A stretch of DNA of 64,000 nt from Tatlockia sp. (GCA_013697955.1 JACCVV010000064.1:3076-67075); one strand, 5' to 3'; counted from the stretch's first letter, positions 9,477-19,152 are shown. Translations and numbers: made by a program. Notes: a model not told the origin generated them from the letters alone.

Positions 9477-9674
9477 ACCCCTGCGAATTTAAATCATCTT
9501 ATCAAGCCGGAGCAATTTCCCTTTTCTTTTCTCAAAGAAATCCAATTTTTAGTAATTGTTTTATAAATGGCTAACCCTCCAAATAACTTTGTTTGGTTAG
9601 AAACAGGTCATTATTGGAATATAATATTACCTAATTGTATAATTAAATAACATGCATTCATTTAAGAGTGAGCT

Positions 9675-10556
9675 ATGCAATCAAAACTTGATGATAGTAA
9701 ATTGAAGATAAAATCGTTAAAACAGGAGCTTAAAGAAGCCTCTTTACAAAGCGAGCAACATCTTATCGGTGTTAAATATAATTTTTTAAAAGCAATAATT
9801 AATCCCACACCGGAAACTCAATCAGGCGCACTGGAATCGTTTAATAAATATAAAGACCTCTATCAAGAGACCAATAGTCAAAATTTATTAAAATTTTTTA
9901 TTGAAAACCAGATTTTTCTTTATTTTAAAGAATCATCATTGCCCTTCAATACAGGTAATAAAAGCGTAGGCGATTATATTTTGCATACGATGGGTTGTTA
10001 CACTAAAAAGACTATTGACTCTGGCGCTTTCGCTTTACTTCTGGGTCTTGCTGCTTCACCCCTTTTGGCAGCCGCGGCTATCATCTCGGGTATCAGTGAC
10101 TCAGAAACTAGAAAGCAGCTGGATTCTACCCAACTTATAAAGCTTTTTAATAATTTGGGGCAGGTCACCGGTCAACAGGAGAAGGAAAAATTGATAGAGA
10201 TAGTTTTTAATAAATATAACGAGCGTGGATGGTCTTTAGCGAGTGAGGACTCCCAACAACTTCTTAAATTTCTATCACCCGAATCGAGCCTATCAATTGA
10301 TGAAAAATGGGATAACCTTCTCTATTACATAACAAATACTGAAAGAAATAACGGTAAAGCGCTTTTTACAATTATTGATGAAACAGCCAGAAATCAATTT
10401 TTAGATACTAAAATGGGGTTTAAACAAATGCATTCATTTCAGAATAATGAACAGCTTCCCTCTGATGTAACCAATCTTATTAAAGAAAAGTTTTTACAAA
10501 TTAAACAAAATGAACAAGATAACGACATTCAACCCAGTGCTGGGCTAAAAAAATAA
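9675..10556 (+). CDS. Hypothetical protein (coiled-coil N-terminus, central hydrophobic hairpin)
   Basis: 293 aa. The N-terminus is a KLKIKSLKQELKEASLQ heptad-like stretch. The central segment GAFALLLGLAASPLLAAAAIISGI is hydrophobic. No catalytic motif recognised. Confidence 0.5.
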   Translation: MQSKLDDSKLKIKSLKQELKEASLQSEQHLIGVKYNFLKAIINPTPETQSGALESFNKYKDLYQETNSQNLLKFFIENQIFLYFKESSLPFNTGNKSVGDYILHTMGCYTKKTIDSGAFALLLGLAASPLLAAAAIISGISDSETRKQLDSTQLIKLFNNLGQVTGQQEKEKLIEIVFNKYNERGWSLASEDSQQLLKFLSPESSLSIDEKWDNLLYYITNTERNNGKALFTIIDETARNQFLDTKMGFKQMHSFQNNEQLPSDVTNLIKEKFLQIKQNEQDNDIQPSAGLKK

Positions 10557-10653
10557 CCCTGTTTTTTGGGGATCAAACTTTAGAGCATGTTTGGGATAAT
10601 ACCCTTTATTACGCAGACATATTGATAAAAGACATACACCTGTTTACAAATAT

Positions 10654-11991
10654 TTAATTTGAAATACTCTCATTGGTATTAAGAATAGAAGTATCAATAA
10701 CGTCCAAGTGCAATCTATTTTGATGATTTGGATGAGATTCCTTAAGCAGGAATAAAGAGATGAATAAACTCACCAAATAACAACAGGGCAAGATTAATAA
10801 TGCTTTATTGTAGCTTTGGACTGAATAAACCGGAGCGCCATTAATCATCATCCAATCACTACTTTTATAAAGTATCATACCCACAATCGGTTGAAAGATT
10901 GCGCCTCCTACTAACACGGCAAGATTATTGATGCCAGAGGCGGTACCTACAAGATCGGGGGGATTATTTTCTTTAACCACAGCGAAACTCACTGTTTGTC
11001 CTCCTGCCCCAATGCCGAATAAAAAAAGTACAAGGTACATCGAATAAAAAGGAAGCGGTAAATATAACACTGATAAGGTTGAAACTAGTCCCAACAAAGA
11101 GCTTATGCTTAAAGCTAAGCGCCTATTAGAACAATAATCACTAATCCAGCCTAATAAAGGGCTACCTACTCCAATACCAATCCAAATCATGCTACATAAC
11201 CCTGAAGCTGTAATAATATTAATCTGGTATTTTTGTTGGAGGTAAGGTATGCCCCAAAGCGCTGCAAAAATGGTAATCGGTGTCCAAATTGTAAAAGCGT
11301 ATGCCCCTATTACCCATGTGCATGAGCGACGACAAACACAAATCAAACGGGACCATTCTTCTTTGAATTTAGGTCTTTGAGTAACATGATTATTTGAAGA
11401 TGGATAATCTCTTATAACAATCCAAATCAAAGCTGCTAGTACTAAACCAATACAAGCCAAAATGAAACAAGCGTTTCGCCAACCTACTCCATCAATTAAC
11501 CGAGCAAGCGGAACCTGACCAAATACAGCGCCAACTGAACTCATCATTTGGGCTATCCCAGCTAAGAAAGCAAATTGATGCGGAGGAAACCAATGTGAGA
11601 TTAGCACCAAGATACCAATAAATGAAAAAGCGGACGCCATTCCGATAAGAAAACGGCCTAAAGCAGCGGTAATAAAACTATCGGTAGATGCAAAGAAAAA
11701 AGATCCGATAGCACAAAGAACTAGAGCCGAAGTCATTAATTTTCTAGGACCATAACGATCGAAAAGCAAGCCAGCAGGCAATTGCATGGGGGCATAAGCA
11801 TAAAAATAAAAGGCTGAAATGATACCAAATCCGGCTGCACTGACATGAAACGTCTTCATGATAGATTCAGCCATGACGCTTGGAGCCACTTGAAGTATAT
11901 ATTCGTATAAATAAAAAGTGGCTGATAATAAAAAAACTAAATATGCTTTTAATTGTCCGGATGAAGTAAAAGCTTTGAATTGATTATTCAA
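10654..11991 (-). CDS. MFS transporter
   Basis: 445 aa, about 12 TM segments. It carries an MFS loop 2-3 motif-like stretch (GLLFDRYGPRKLM). Confidence 0.85.
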   Translation of the reverse strand: MNNQFKAFTSSGQLKAYLVFLLSATFYLYEYILQVAPSVMAESIMKTFHVSAAGFGIISAFYFYAYAPMQLPAGLLFDRYGPRKLMTSALVLCAIGSFFFASTDSFITAALGRFLIGMASAFSFIGILVLISHWFPPHQFAFLAGIAQMMSSVGAVFGQVPLARLIDGVGWRNACFILACIGLVLAALIWIVIRDYPSSNNHVTQRPKFKEEWSRLICVCRRSCTWVIGAYAFTIWTPITIFAALWGIPYLQQKYQINIITASGLCSMIWIGIGVGSPLLGWISDYCSNRRLALSISSLLGLVSTLSVLYLPLPFYSMYLVLFLFGIGAGGQTVSFAVVKENNPPDLVGTASGINNLAVLVGGAIFQPIVGMILYKSSDWMMINGAPVYSVQSYNKALLILPCCYLVSLFISLFLLKESHPNHQNRLHLDVIDTSILNTNESISN

Positions 11992-12246
11992 AGAGCATCC
12001 TTGCTAGGAATCACCATAATTAAACCATACACTTAAGTTAATGATTAATTCAATCGTTACACGAAAGATAATTTTTTGTTGACCCCATAAAAAGTTTAAC
12101 ACGATGGTTATCTGTTTTGACAACAACATGATTAAAGAAGCTTTTTGATAACTCTGATTACCCGTTCGTCAATAATGTCAATAAATTTACATAATTTCAG
12201 TAAACTCTAAGGTTTAATTTTAACTCTTGTATAATGGTGAAATCCT

Positions 12247-12828
12247 ATGTTGCGTATTAATTTTACATTATGTATAATTGGTGACGCTACAGAAACGGCA
12301 ACTAAAATGTTACAAGCAAATAGCGCAATAATTGATTCGCCTGAAACTAATGACCCTAATCAGAGCCTTTTCACGCCTTCAACTTCAAAATTAGTGATAA
12401 TGTCTATCTGCACACTGGGTTTGTATAATATTTATTGGTTTTATAAAAACTGGTGCGTTTTTAAGAAAGCAGGAAAAAAATGCAATCCCTTCTTGCGTTC
12501 ATTATTTGCCCCATTATTTGCCTATTCCTGTTTTTACGAGATAAGGGATTTGCAGTTAAAAAATGGAATTAGGGTGGAAATTCCAATTTTCTTTCTTGCT
12601 ATCACCTATTTCATTTTAGACATAATGGTAAAGCTTCCCGATCCCTATTGGCTTCTCTCATTATTAAGCTTTTTGCCTATTGCTGCAGCTAATCAAGTAG
12701 CATTGCAGGTAAACCAAGCGCAATTTCCTGGATTTATTAGTAATCATAAATTCTCTAAATTGAATTGGTTAGGAATAATCATTGGCGGAACAATGTTTTT
12801 ACTATGTATTTTTGGAACCTTATTTTAG
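12247..12828 (+). CDS. Small membrane protein, DUF4234-like
   Basis: 193-aa ORF. CTLGLYNIYWFYKNW resembles the DUF4234 signature and there are 3-4 TM segments. The true start may be the internal Met at about 12307. Confidence 0.5.
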   Translation: MLRINFTLCIIGDATETATKMLQANSAIIDSPETNDPNQSLFTPSTSKLVIMSICTLGLYNIYWFYKNWCVFKKAGKKCNPFLRSLFAPLFAYSCFYEIRDLQLKNGIRVEIPIFFLAITYFILDIMVKLPDPYWLLSLLSFLPIAAANQVALQVNQAQFPGFISNHKFSKLNWLGIIIGGTMFLLCIFGTLF

Positions 12829-12919
12829 ATCGAAAGGTAATTTCGCTAAATCAAAAATATGTGAAAATGGTTCTCTAATCCGTTTCGGGATCAATAATCA
12901 TTACAATAGACCCATAAAT

Positions 12920-15900
12920 TTAAACACAATTATTTAAAATATTGTCTTCATGAAAATCATTCAAAATAGATAAATCTTGAGCCATCTGATCAAAATAATT
13001 GAACTCCTTCCAACTTGTTCTGTCCCCAATAACATAAAGCCTTCTTTTGGCTCTACTAATAGCTACATTTAGTAAATTAGAATTTTCTGAAGCCCATTTC
13101 TTTGCTCCTGAACTTTTGGGATTACCTCCTAAAACCAAAATTACAATATCCGCTTCCTTACCCTGAGTTGTATGAATAGTCCCAACTTGCAATTCTGGGT
13201 AGAAAGATTTGAAATGATACAAACCTTGAATTACCTGCTTAAAAGGTGAAATTATAAAAATATCTTTGGGGTGAAAATCGAATTGCATTATGTAGTCTAG
13301 TAATATTCGAAGCATTTTGGCTTCCTCATGGATAAAATGCCCCTCTGAGGTTTGACTTATTACGTTGATCCATCCTGACTCAAAAAGGGTTAGAGGAAAA
13401 CGTGTTGTAGTTCCATACACCATCAGGTCATCATAAGTAATTTTGTTAACCATAGAAAAGATTGGATGATCGCAACGACGATGTACTCGCAGAGGAGATC
13501 CTACCCAAAGCTTGTTATCCTTATAAGGCAAAAAAGTACCTACAGTGGTTGCTTTATCAGCAAGCATTTGTACGGAGGTCCATTTAGGGATCCAATCTTT
13601 ACTAACACTGAAACACTGGCTTATAGCCTGCTGTGCTGTTACAGGGAGCGTTACTATTGGCTCAAGTTGTAAGGGATCACCAACTACAACAACCTTTTTC
13701 GTACGCCATATGGCGCCAACCGCTGATTGAGGTGTAGCTTGCCCTGCCTCATCTATCAATAACCATCCAAGATCTTCATTTCCAAAGTGTTTAAATAGCC
13801 GATCAAAAGACGCAAAGGTTGTAGAAACTACTGGAATTACAAAAAACAGAGTTAACCAAGCTGCTTTAACTCCATCCAAAGGAGCACTTTCTGGAACACC
13901 TCCCCCCAAAATATCTATCATGGCCTGTAAGTTTTTTCTTATTACCTTTGAGTTAGTCCTAATAAATGCCTTATGTAAATTAATAGCTTCTAAAAATAGT
14001 ACTGTTCTTGCCTTATCCCATTTCACATCTGCCCAAGGAGATGATAATTCTATTTCTCTCCTGTTCCCATCCCAGAAATTTAAATCGGGTATGGATGGAT
14101 TTTCGAATCTAATTTTATTTAATTTTGCAAGTTCTTCATCAACTTCCTTCTGAATTACAACTAATTTTTCGTCTAATGACGCAACATAGCTTTGATGATA
14201 TCTAAAAGATTCTAAGAGATTTTTAAGATCTTTAATAAGTTTATCGATTGATTCTTCGGTGAATCGGATATTTTTTGTCAGAGAACTGTCTAAATCACTC
14301 CACTTTTTATAAGCCTTACCAAGAGTGAAAATTATGTCAATCAACCTGGGGCGAAATTGATGATGTTCTAAACGTTTCTGTTTAATTTTTTCCGCATCTA
14401 GCTGTGCAGATAGATAATTTTGTTCTTTTTCAGAACGGTTTCTTTCAATTTGTTGCAAATTTTCAAAAGCTTTATATTTTTCTGACTGCAAATCGGCTAA
14501 ATTTTGGTTAAGCAAATCGACCCTTACTACTAAATCGTACCATTTTGTCCTTTCCATTCTTAATTCTTCTTCAAGAGCCTGAGCCTCCTTAAAAGAATTT
14601 AATGCGTGTTGCCATTCCTCTGAAGTCGGTTCCTCTTCCTCATATTGCTTTAACAATTGCAGAAAAGAAGTTGATTTCTCATTTTGCGTATCGGTTTTTG
14701 AACCATACCAGAACTTATGAATGAAGGTATTTCTATTTGATTTATTTCCTAAACGCGCGGCAATTAATGCCCATGACGGTTTTCCTATAAGATCTGTTGA
14801 AATTAAACTGAAATAATCCGTGTATTCTCTCCACGAATCATCAATAGCCAGCTCTCCGGGAATTTCATAAGTTACATTTTCAACCGCACCATTATTAACT
14901 GATGAGACTACTATTGGAAATTCTTCAAATTCTTTAGGCCAAGGTGAAATAGTGCGTGCAAACCCTTCTGATTGCCATCCAATTGTTTGTCCTGACAGAA
15001 CCTGCACAGAATTCTCGTACTTTGCTAAACATTCAGCTCTCTGGACTACTATGTCAGCGATCAAATCTCTTAACAGCGTTGTTTTTCCTGTTCCTGGCGG
15101 GCCATTTACAGCAAACACTCCTTTTTTATTATTTAATTTTTTGAATAGAGAATTTATTGCAAATTGCTGACTGAGCACCAGCGGATAGTGACCTACGCTA
15201 GGCCAGCGTCCCTTGGGGAAAAATTTAGGTGCTAAAAGATGAAACACGTGGGCAATGTCTTTGCGAATATCTATTTTATTTCGGCCTGAATCATTCTCAT
15301 TAGATTTTAAATAATGTCGTAATGCTCCACCAATCTTGCTGGTATTAGCAAATTCACCAACCTTTTTTAGGTCTTTCACGAAAAAACTATTTAGAAAATC
15401 TTGACCATCAGATGTAAACGACTTGGATTCAGAGACATAAAGGCTTTTAACTCTGACCGTCACTACATCCCTCAAATTAAAATTTAATTGTTTCAAGATC
15501 CAATTGATAACATAAAATAAATTAGCGCCAGTTAAATGCTTCCCCGCGTTATATCCCTGTTTTTTTAACTCTGCACCCTGATTATCTTCTTCCTCAATCT
15601 TACAGTGAGTAGCCAACTCTAAAGAGAGTTTTTTTTCCTCATTATTAAAACCATCGAGCCAATTATGGTTAATTTTTTTAAGATTTGGTAACTGACTTAA
15701 AGCCCAAGCACTCATGGACAAAACAAAACTATCGAATAATGGTCTACCATCCTGAGTCAGAGTAAGTGCAAAAACAGAACATTCGCCGTCAATTCGAGCA
15801 TCAAAAGTCTCATTATCTTTGCCAAAAACGGATTCTAAAGATTCCTTCAAAAGACTGTGTGGATAGACAGCGCAATAAACTAGATGCTGATGTTTTTTTT

Positions 15901-16342
15901 TAGGTGGATGATTTCTACTCTGAAAGGGATGATTTGATTCCCAAGGAAATAAGAGAGGATTCTGATCTTGAGATATATCGAAAACTGGTTCTAGCCTCGA
16001 TGAAGGATCCGATTTAGGAATTTTTTGCGGAGAGAAAAATTCAATCGAACGCCAATACATTAAAATGCTGGCCTTAGCATTTAAAAAAGACTGTTTTTCT
16101 ATTTTTGCTATAGGTATTGGAATTTCGGAATAAGAAGTTAAGGCTTCGGGATCTAATTCATTTTGGTTCCCAGGATCATTTGGAAGCCACTTGCTGAAGG
16201 CTCCGATGTATGGAGGATCAAGTACATACCAAATTTTTTGTATATAATCCCATTTTGCTCCTAAAGCTTTGGCCTCATCTTTTTCTTCGTAGGGTACATT
16301 TAAATCCGTTCTTCTATTTTTTTTGACATCCAAGATCATCAT
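12920..16342 (-). CDS. Superfamily-1 helicase (Upf1/DNA2-like, AAA_11/AAA_12 type) with DUF5710-like N-terminus and a long coiled-coil insert
   Basis: 1140 aa.
- Walker A VNGPPGTGKTT (aa 412-422); motif Ia-like SSVNNGAVENV; motif II LLIDEAGQA; VVVGDPLQLEP; motif V/VI TIHTTQGKEADIVIL and LLNVAISRAKRRLYVIGD.
- The N-terminal segment LNVPYEEKDEAKALGAKWDYIQKIWYV is DUF5710-like.
- aa ~560-830 is heptad-rich. Confidence 0.85.
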   Translation of the reverse strand: MMILDVKKNRRTDLNVPYEEKDEAKALGAKWDYIQKIWYVLDPPYIGAFSKWLPNDPGNQNELDPEALTSYSEIPIPIAKIEKQSFLNAKASILMYWRSIEFFSPQKIPKSDPSSRLEPVFDISQDQNPLLFPWESNHPFQSRNHPPKKKHQHLVYCAVYPHSLLKESLESVFGKDNETFDARIDGECSVFALTLTQDGRPLFDSFVLSMSAWALSQLPNLKKINHNWLDGFNNEEKKLSLELATHCKIEEEDNQGAELKKQGYNAGKHLTGANLFYVINWILKQLNFNLRDVVTVRVKSLYVSESKSFTSDGQDFLNSFFVKDLKKVGEFANTSKIGGALRHYLKSNENDSGRNKIDIRKDIAHVFHLLAPKFFPKGRWPSVGHYPLVLSQQFAINSLFKKLNNKKGVFAVNGPPGTGKTTLLRDLIADIVVQRAECLAKYENSVQVLSGQTIGWQSEGFARTISPWPKEFEEFPIVVSSVNNGAVENVTYEIPGELAIDDSWREYTDYFSLISTDLIGKPSWALIAARLGNKSNRNTFIHKFWYGSKTDTQNEKSTSFLQLLKQYEEEEPTSEEWQHALNSFKEAQALEEELRMERTKWYDLVVRVDLLNQNLADLQSEKYKAFENLQQIERNRSEKEQNYLSAQLDAEKIKQKRLEHHQFRPRLIDIIFTLGKAYKKWSDLDSSLTKNIRFTEESIDKLIKDLKNLLESFRYHQSYVASLDEKLVVIQKEVDEELAKLNKIRFENPSIPDLNFWDGNRREIELSSPWADVKWDKARTVLFLEAINLHKAFIRTNSKVIRKNLQAMIDILGGGVPESAPLDGVKAAWLTLFFVIPVVSTTFASFDRLFKHFGNEDLGWLLIDEAGQATPQSAVGAIWRTKKVVVVGDPLQLEPIVTLPVTAQQAISQCFSVSKDWIPKWTSVQMLADKATTVGTFLPYKDNKLWVGSPLRVHRRCDHPIFSMVNKITYDDLMVYGTTTRFPLTLFESGWINVISQTSEGHFIHEEAKMLRILLDYIMQFDFHPKDIFIISPFKQVIQGLYHFKSFYPELQVGTIHTTQGKEADIVILVLGGNPKSSGAKKWASENSNLLNVAISRAKRRLYVIGDRTSWKEFNYFDQMAQDLSILNDFHEDNILNNCV

Positions 16343-16511
16343 TCCATATTAGACGCTATAAATTAAGGTACGTTTTATAACATTTTTACGTGCAGATATA
16401 AATTGTTAAAATTGATATAAAACGCTGTGCTTAAGAAATACAATGTCAATAAGTACTTATGAAAATCAGTATCTGGTTATTTTGATTTATTAATATACCT
16501 GCCTATTCGCG

Positions 16512-17810
16512 ATGATTCGTATCGCTTTTACAAAATCATTGTGTTCAATTATAATGCAGATATTATCAAGTAGGCTCACCCCAAACCAAGAAATTTCCAT
16601 GCTCATTACTAACGATACTTATATTCAGGCATTAAAAAAACTAAAACAAAGTTACTCCGATTTACCTTGGTATCAGCGGTGGTGGTTTACTCTGTGGTCT
16701 TATAGCCTGTCTAACGCACTCTCATCAATTGACTCTAAAAAACCAACCATTGCTCAAGTGGACCAATTATTCAAGGCATCTGACGAGGCTTGGTTTTTCA
16801 AATCCATTTTTGAACGCTTTTCAATTTTTAAGACTACTATCCAAGGAATGTCATTCTTTGTTAAAGAAGAGCTTTCCTATAGCGGACAACCCGAAGAATT
16901 AAAACAGCAAATAGGCAATTACTCGCCCTTGAAAGACTTGCAAGCGCTTGCCTGCACCTCAAAAACACATCACCAATTATTCAAACCGTTGCTTAATGTG
17001 CGTCGATTTTTAAGGGATGTCGTTCAGGGAGATTATGATCAAGTAGAAGCCAGATTAATGGACAACATTAATTATCTCACTACAACATGGCAAGTAACCG
17101 ACTGTTCTGGCCGTACTTTTTTTAACATTAGTGGTTTTCAGTATGCGCTCTGGGCTTTAGACAAACACATGTGGCTTAAGATGCTTAACTGCTTACCCCA
17201 TAAAGAAGAGGATACAAAGGTCAAGGCTCTATTATTGAAACAATATCAAGCGTTAAAGGAAAACGGTGTCACCTACAAACTAAAGGGTAAGATCATTACA
17301 GAAAGGCATTTCGATTTTGAAAACACCCTCATTAGAGCACTTCGAACTCAAGTCAATGATGCTAATAAAAGGATAAAGAGTTGGAGTAAAATTGACGAAC
17401 AATGGCGTGAGGACGTGGGTTCAGCCCAGAAATTACTGCCCATGCATGTTATTTATGAATACTGTAGTGAGGAACCTTTTCACCCGTTGCCCGCATTTAT
17501 TGAGCGACCACCTATGAATAGGCTGTATTGCAACAGGATAAAAAATAAGTGGAGGAATTGGTCTCATGCAGATTCAAGGCTAGGTGTTGATTTTGCAATT
17601 TTTAAGGGGGGGCAAAGGTGGGCGGAGGGACATGGCGGGAGGGTACGCGGGGGCTACCTCGACATGCTAGTGATCGCAACGCGTGATTTGAGGGCCATTG
17701 AGACCCTATATGATCTAAGAACCGCGGAATTTATTAGTCTAGAATTCCTGCTAAGGGATCCGCTGGAATTTAACAACCAATCGGGTGCTTATCACGATAT
17801 CTCAATTTAA
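16512..17810 (+). CDS. Hypothetical protein with F-box-like motif; paralogue of 4747..6027
   Basis: 432-aa ORF. SPLKDLQALACTSKTHHQLFKPLL is F-box-like. It shares the blocks TDCSGRTFFNISGFQ and LGVDFAIFKGG with the other copy. The start codon is uncertain (in-frame Met codons at 16512, 16554 and 16599). Confidence 0.55.
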   Translation: MIRIAFTKSLCSIIMQILSSRLTPNQEISMLITNDTYIQALKKLKQSYSDLPWYQRWWFTLWSYSLSNALSSIDSKKPTIAQVDQLFKASDEAWFFKSIFERFSIFKTTIQGMSFFVKEELSYSGQPEELKQQIGNYSPLKDLQALACTSKTHHQLFKPLLNVRRFLRDVVQGDYDQVEARLMDNINYLTTTWQVTDCSGRTFFNISGFQYALWALDKHMWLKMLNCLPHKEEDTKVKALLLKQYQALKENGVTYKLKGKIITERHFDFENTLIRALRTQVNDANKRIKSWSKIDEQWREDVGSAQKLLPMHVIYEYCSEEPFHPLPAFIERPPMNRLYCNRIKNKWRNWSHADSRLGVDFAIFKGGQRWAEGHGGRVRGGYLDMLVIATRDLRAIETLYDLRTAEFISLEFLLRDPLEFNNQSGAYHDISI

Positions 17811-17867
17811 TATTCATTGCAGAACATAGTGAGGATTAGGCAGATCAATCGATTTATGAAAAATTTT

Positions 17868-17920
17868 GAAAAAAAAAGAAAGGGTTCTTAGGAAATTTAC
17901 ACCTTCCTGAAAAGAACCCT
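17868..17920 (-). terminator. Rho-independent terminator candidate for 17978..18655
   Basis: Interrupted hairpin: agggttctt-aggaa / ttcct-(gaa)-aagaaccct at ~17881-17920. On the minus strand it is followed by a U-run (plus-strand gaaaaaaaaagaa at ~17868-17880). It lies between convergent genes. Confidence 0.55.
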
Positions 17921-17977
17921 CAATATTATCTAGGCCTAGGTTTTCGGTCTAGGGATTTTAAGCTATACCTAATTTGC

Positions 17978-18655
17978 TTACTGACTTAGGCTATACTCCG
18001 AACTGCTGCTACTTGCTGACGAATCATTTGTTGAATCTTCATCCTCTGATGATGAATCAGTATTCGATGAGGTGTTACTCTCCGATGAATGACTATTAAA
18101 AAATTGGCTCGCATTTGAGTTGATTGAATTTGTATGCTTGGATTTGGCATTTTCAGCCCACATTTTTTCTACTAATTCAATCAGGTCAATTGATTCGCTA
18201 CCTAAGTGTTTTCCCATTATCTTCAATACTTGAATCAGTTGATCACCATCTTTAATTAAATGTAGCATTTCTTTTATGATACTAGCCGCTGTACCTGCTA
18301 AATTTCGCTCGTCAGCTTCGCAAAGCTTTGATATCAAGTTTATAAACTCTTCATATTTAAACAGAGTATTGAATTGATTTTTGAAAATTTCAACACAAAA
18401 TTGTTTAATAAATGCTTCTTTATCCCAGCCATACCGATCTTCCATATCAATTTTTATCTTAAAGCATTTGGAAGAAGCAGCTAAGATAAGGTTTGTGATT
18501 TCTTCAACTGAGCTCATTTGTTTAATTCTATTTTTACGATCTTCAAAAAATTTTGGTAGAGAATTTTTATCAAAGGTAAGAATTTCGATAAGTTGAACAA
18601 GATTCTTGTCGGTGTAATTAGAAAACCCATTTTCATTTTTGCTATACATAATCAA
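17978..18655 (-). CDS. Hypothetical protein with Ser/Asp/Glu-rich low-complexity C-terminus
   Basis: 225 aa. The last ~45 residues are NSHSSESNTSSNTDSSSEDEDSTNDSSASSSSSEYSLSQ. Confidence 0.55.
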   Translation of the reverse strand: MIMYSKNENGFSNYTDKNLVQLIEILTFDKNSLPKFFEDRKNRIKQMSSVEEITNLILAASSKCFKIKIDMEDRYGWDKEAFIKQFCVEIFKNQFNTLFKYEEFINLISKLCEADERNLAGTAASIIKEMLHLIKDGDQLIQVLKIMGKHLGSESIDLIELVEKMWAENAKSKHTNSINSNASQFFNSHSSESNTSSNTDSSSEDEDSTNDSSASSSSSEYSLSQ

Positions 18656-19104
18656 TCCTCTATAAATTCTGAATTATTTTGTTTCATAATTGTAACATGT
18701 GTTGAAATTGTGATCAACTATTTTAACAACTTTGCGATTTGATATTAATAATATGATTACAACATCAATACAGAGACTGGTCGATTTACTAACCCACCAA
18801 TATTTAGACCAAAATTATTAGTGGCAATAAGGCATTAAATAATGATAAAAACAAATTTTTGAGACACTTGTTTTGATAATCCTGGATTAGAATAGGGAGA
18901 AGGCGGAATTTTTTTAGTGACTTTTGTTTTAAGTTCTTAGAGAAAGTTTAATAAAATGGATACCATGCTCCTAATATTGCGATGCTGTATCCGTATTTTT
19001 ATCCATAAATACGAAAAATAAATATTTGTGCTATTCAATACCCACAATTTTTTTCAGCTCTTAAAACCAAGGTGCCCTTAATTCATTTGTTCAGTGCAAA
19101 AGCA

Positions 19105-19141
19105 ACATTCATTGAGAAACTCAATATGACTCAATGAATGT
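19105..19141 (-). terminator. Perfect 12-bp inverted repeat directly downstream of the folD-like stop; possible end of the PKS operon
   Basis: acattcattgag (19105-19116) pairs with ctcaatgaatgt (19130-19141) around a 13-nt loop. Only a short U tract (tgcttttgc) follows on the minus strand, so terminator strength is uncertain. Confidence 0.4.
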
Positions 19142-19152
19142 GTATTTATAGC

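Noticed and set aside
12920-16342. Assigning the SF1 helicase to a named anti-phage system (for example Mokosh- or Nhi-like).
   Set aside because: I could not find a PLD (HxKxxxxD) or other nuclease motif in the protein, or a partner gene next to it. The helicase family alone is not diagnostic.
18656-19152. The 500-bp AT-rich gap between the orphan gene and folD was examined for a small RNA, tRNA, repeat array or mobile-element end.
   Set aside because: Only the 12-bp hairpin next to folD and a trivial 6-bp repeat were seen. There is no cloverleaf, direct-repeat array or terminal inverted repeats.
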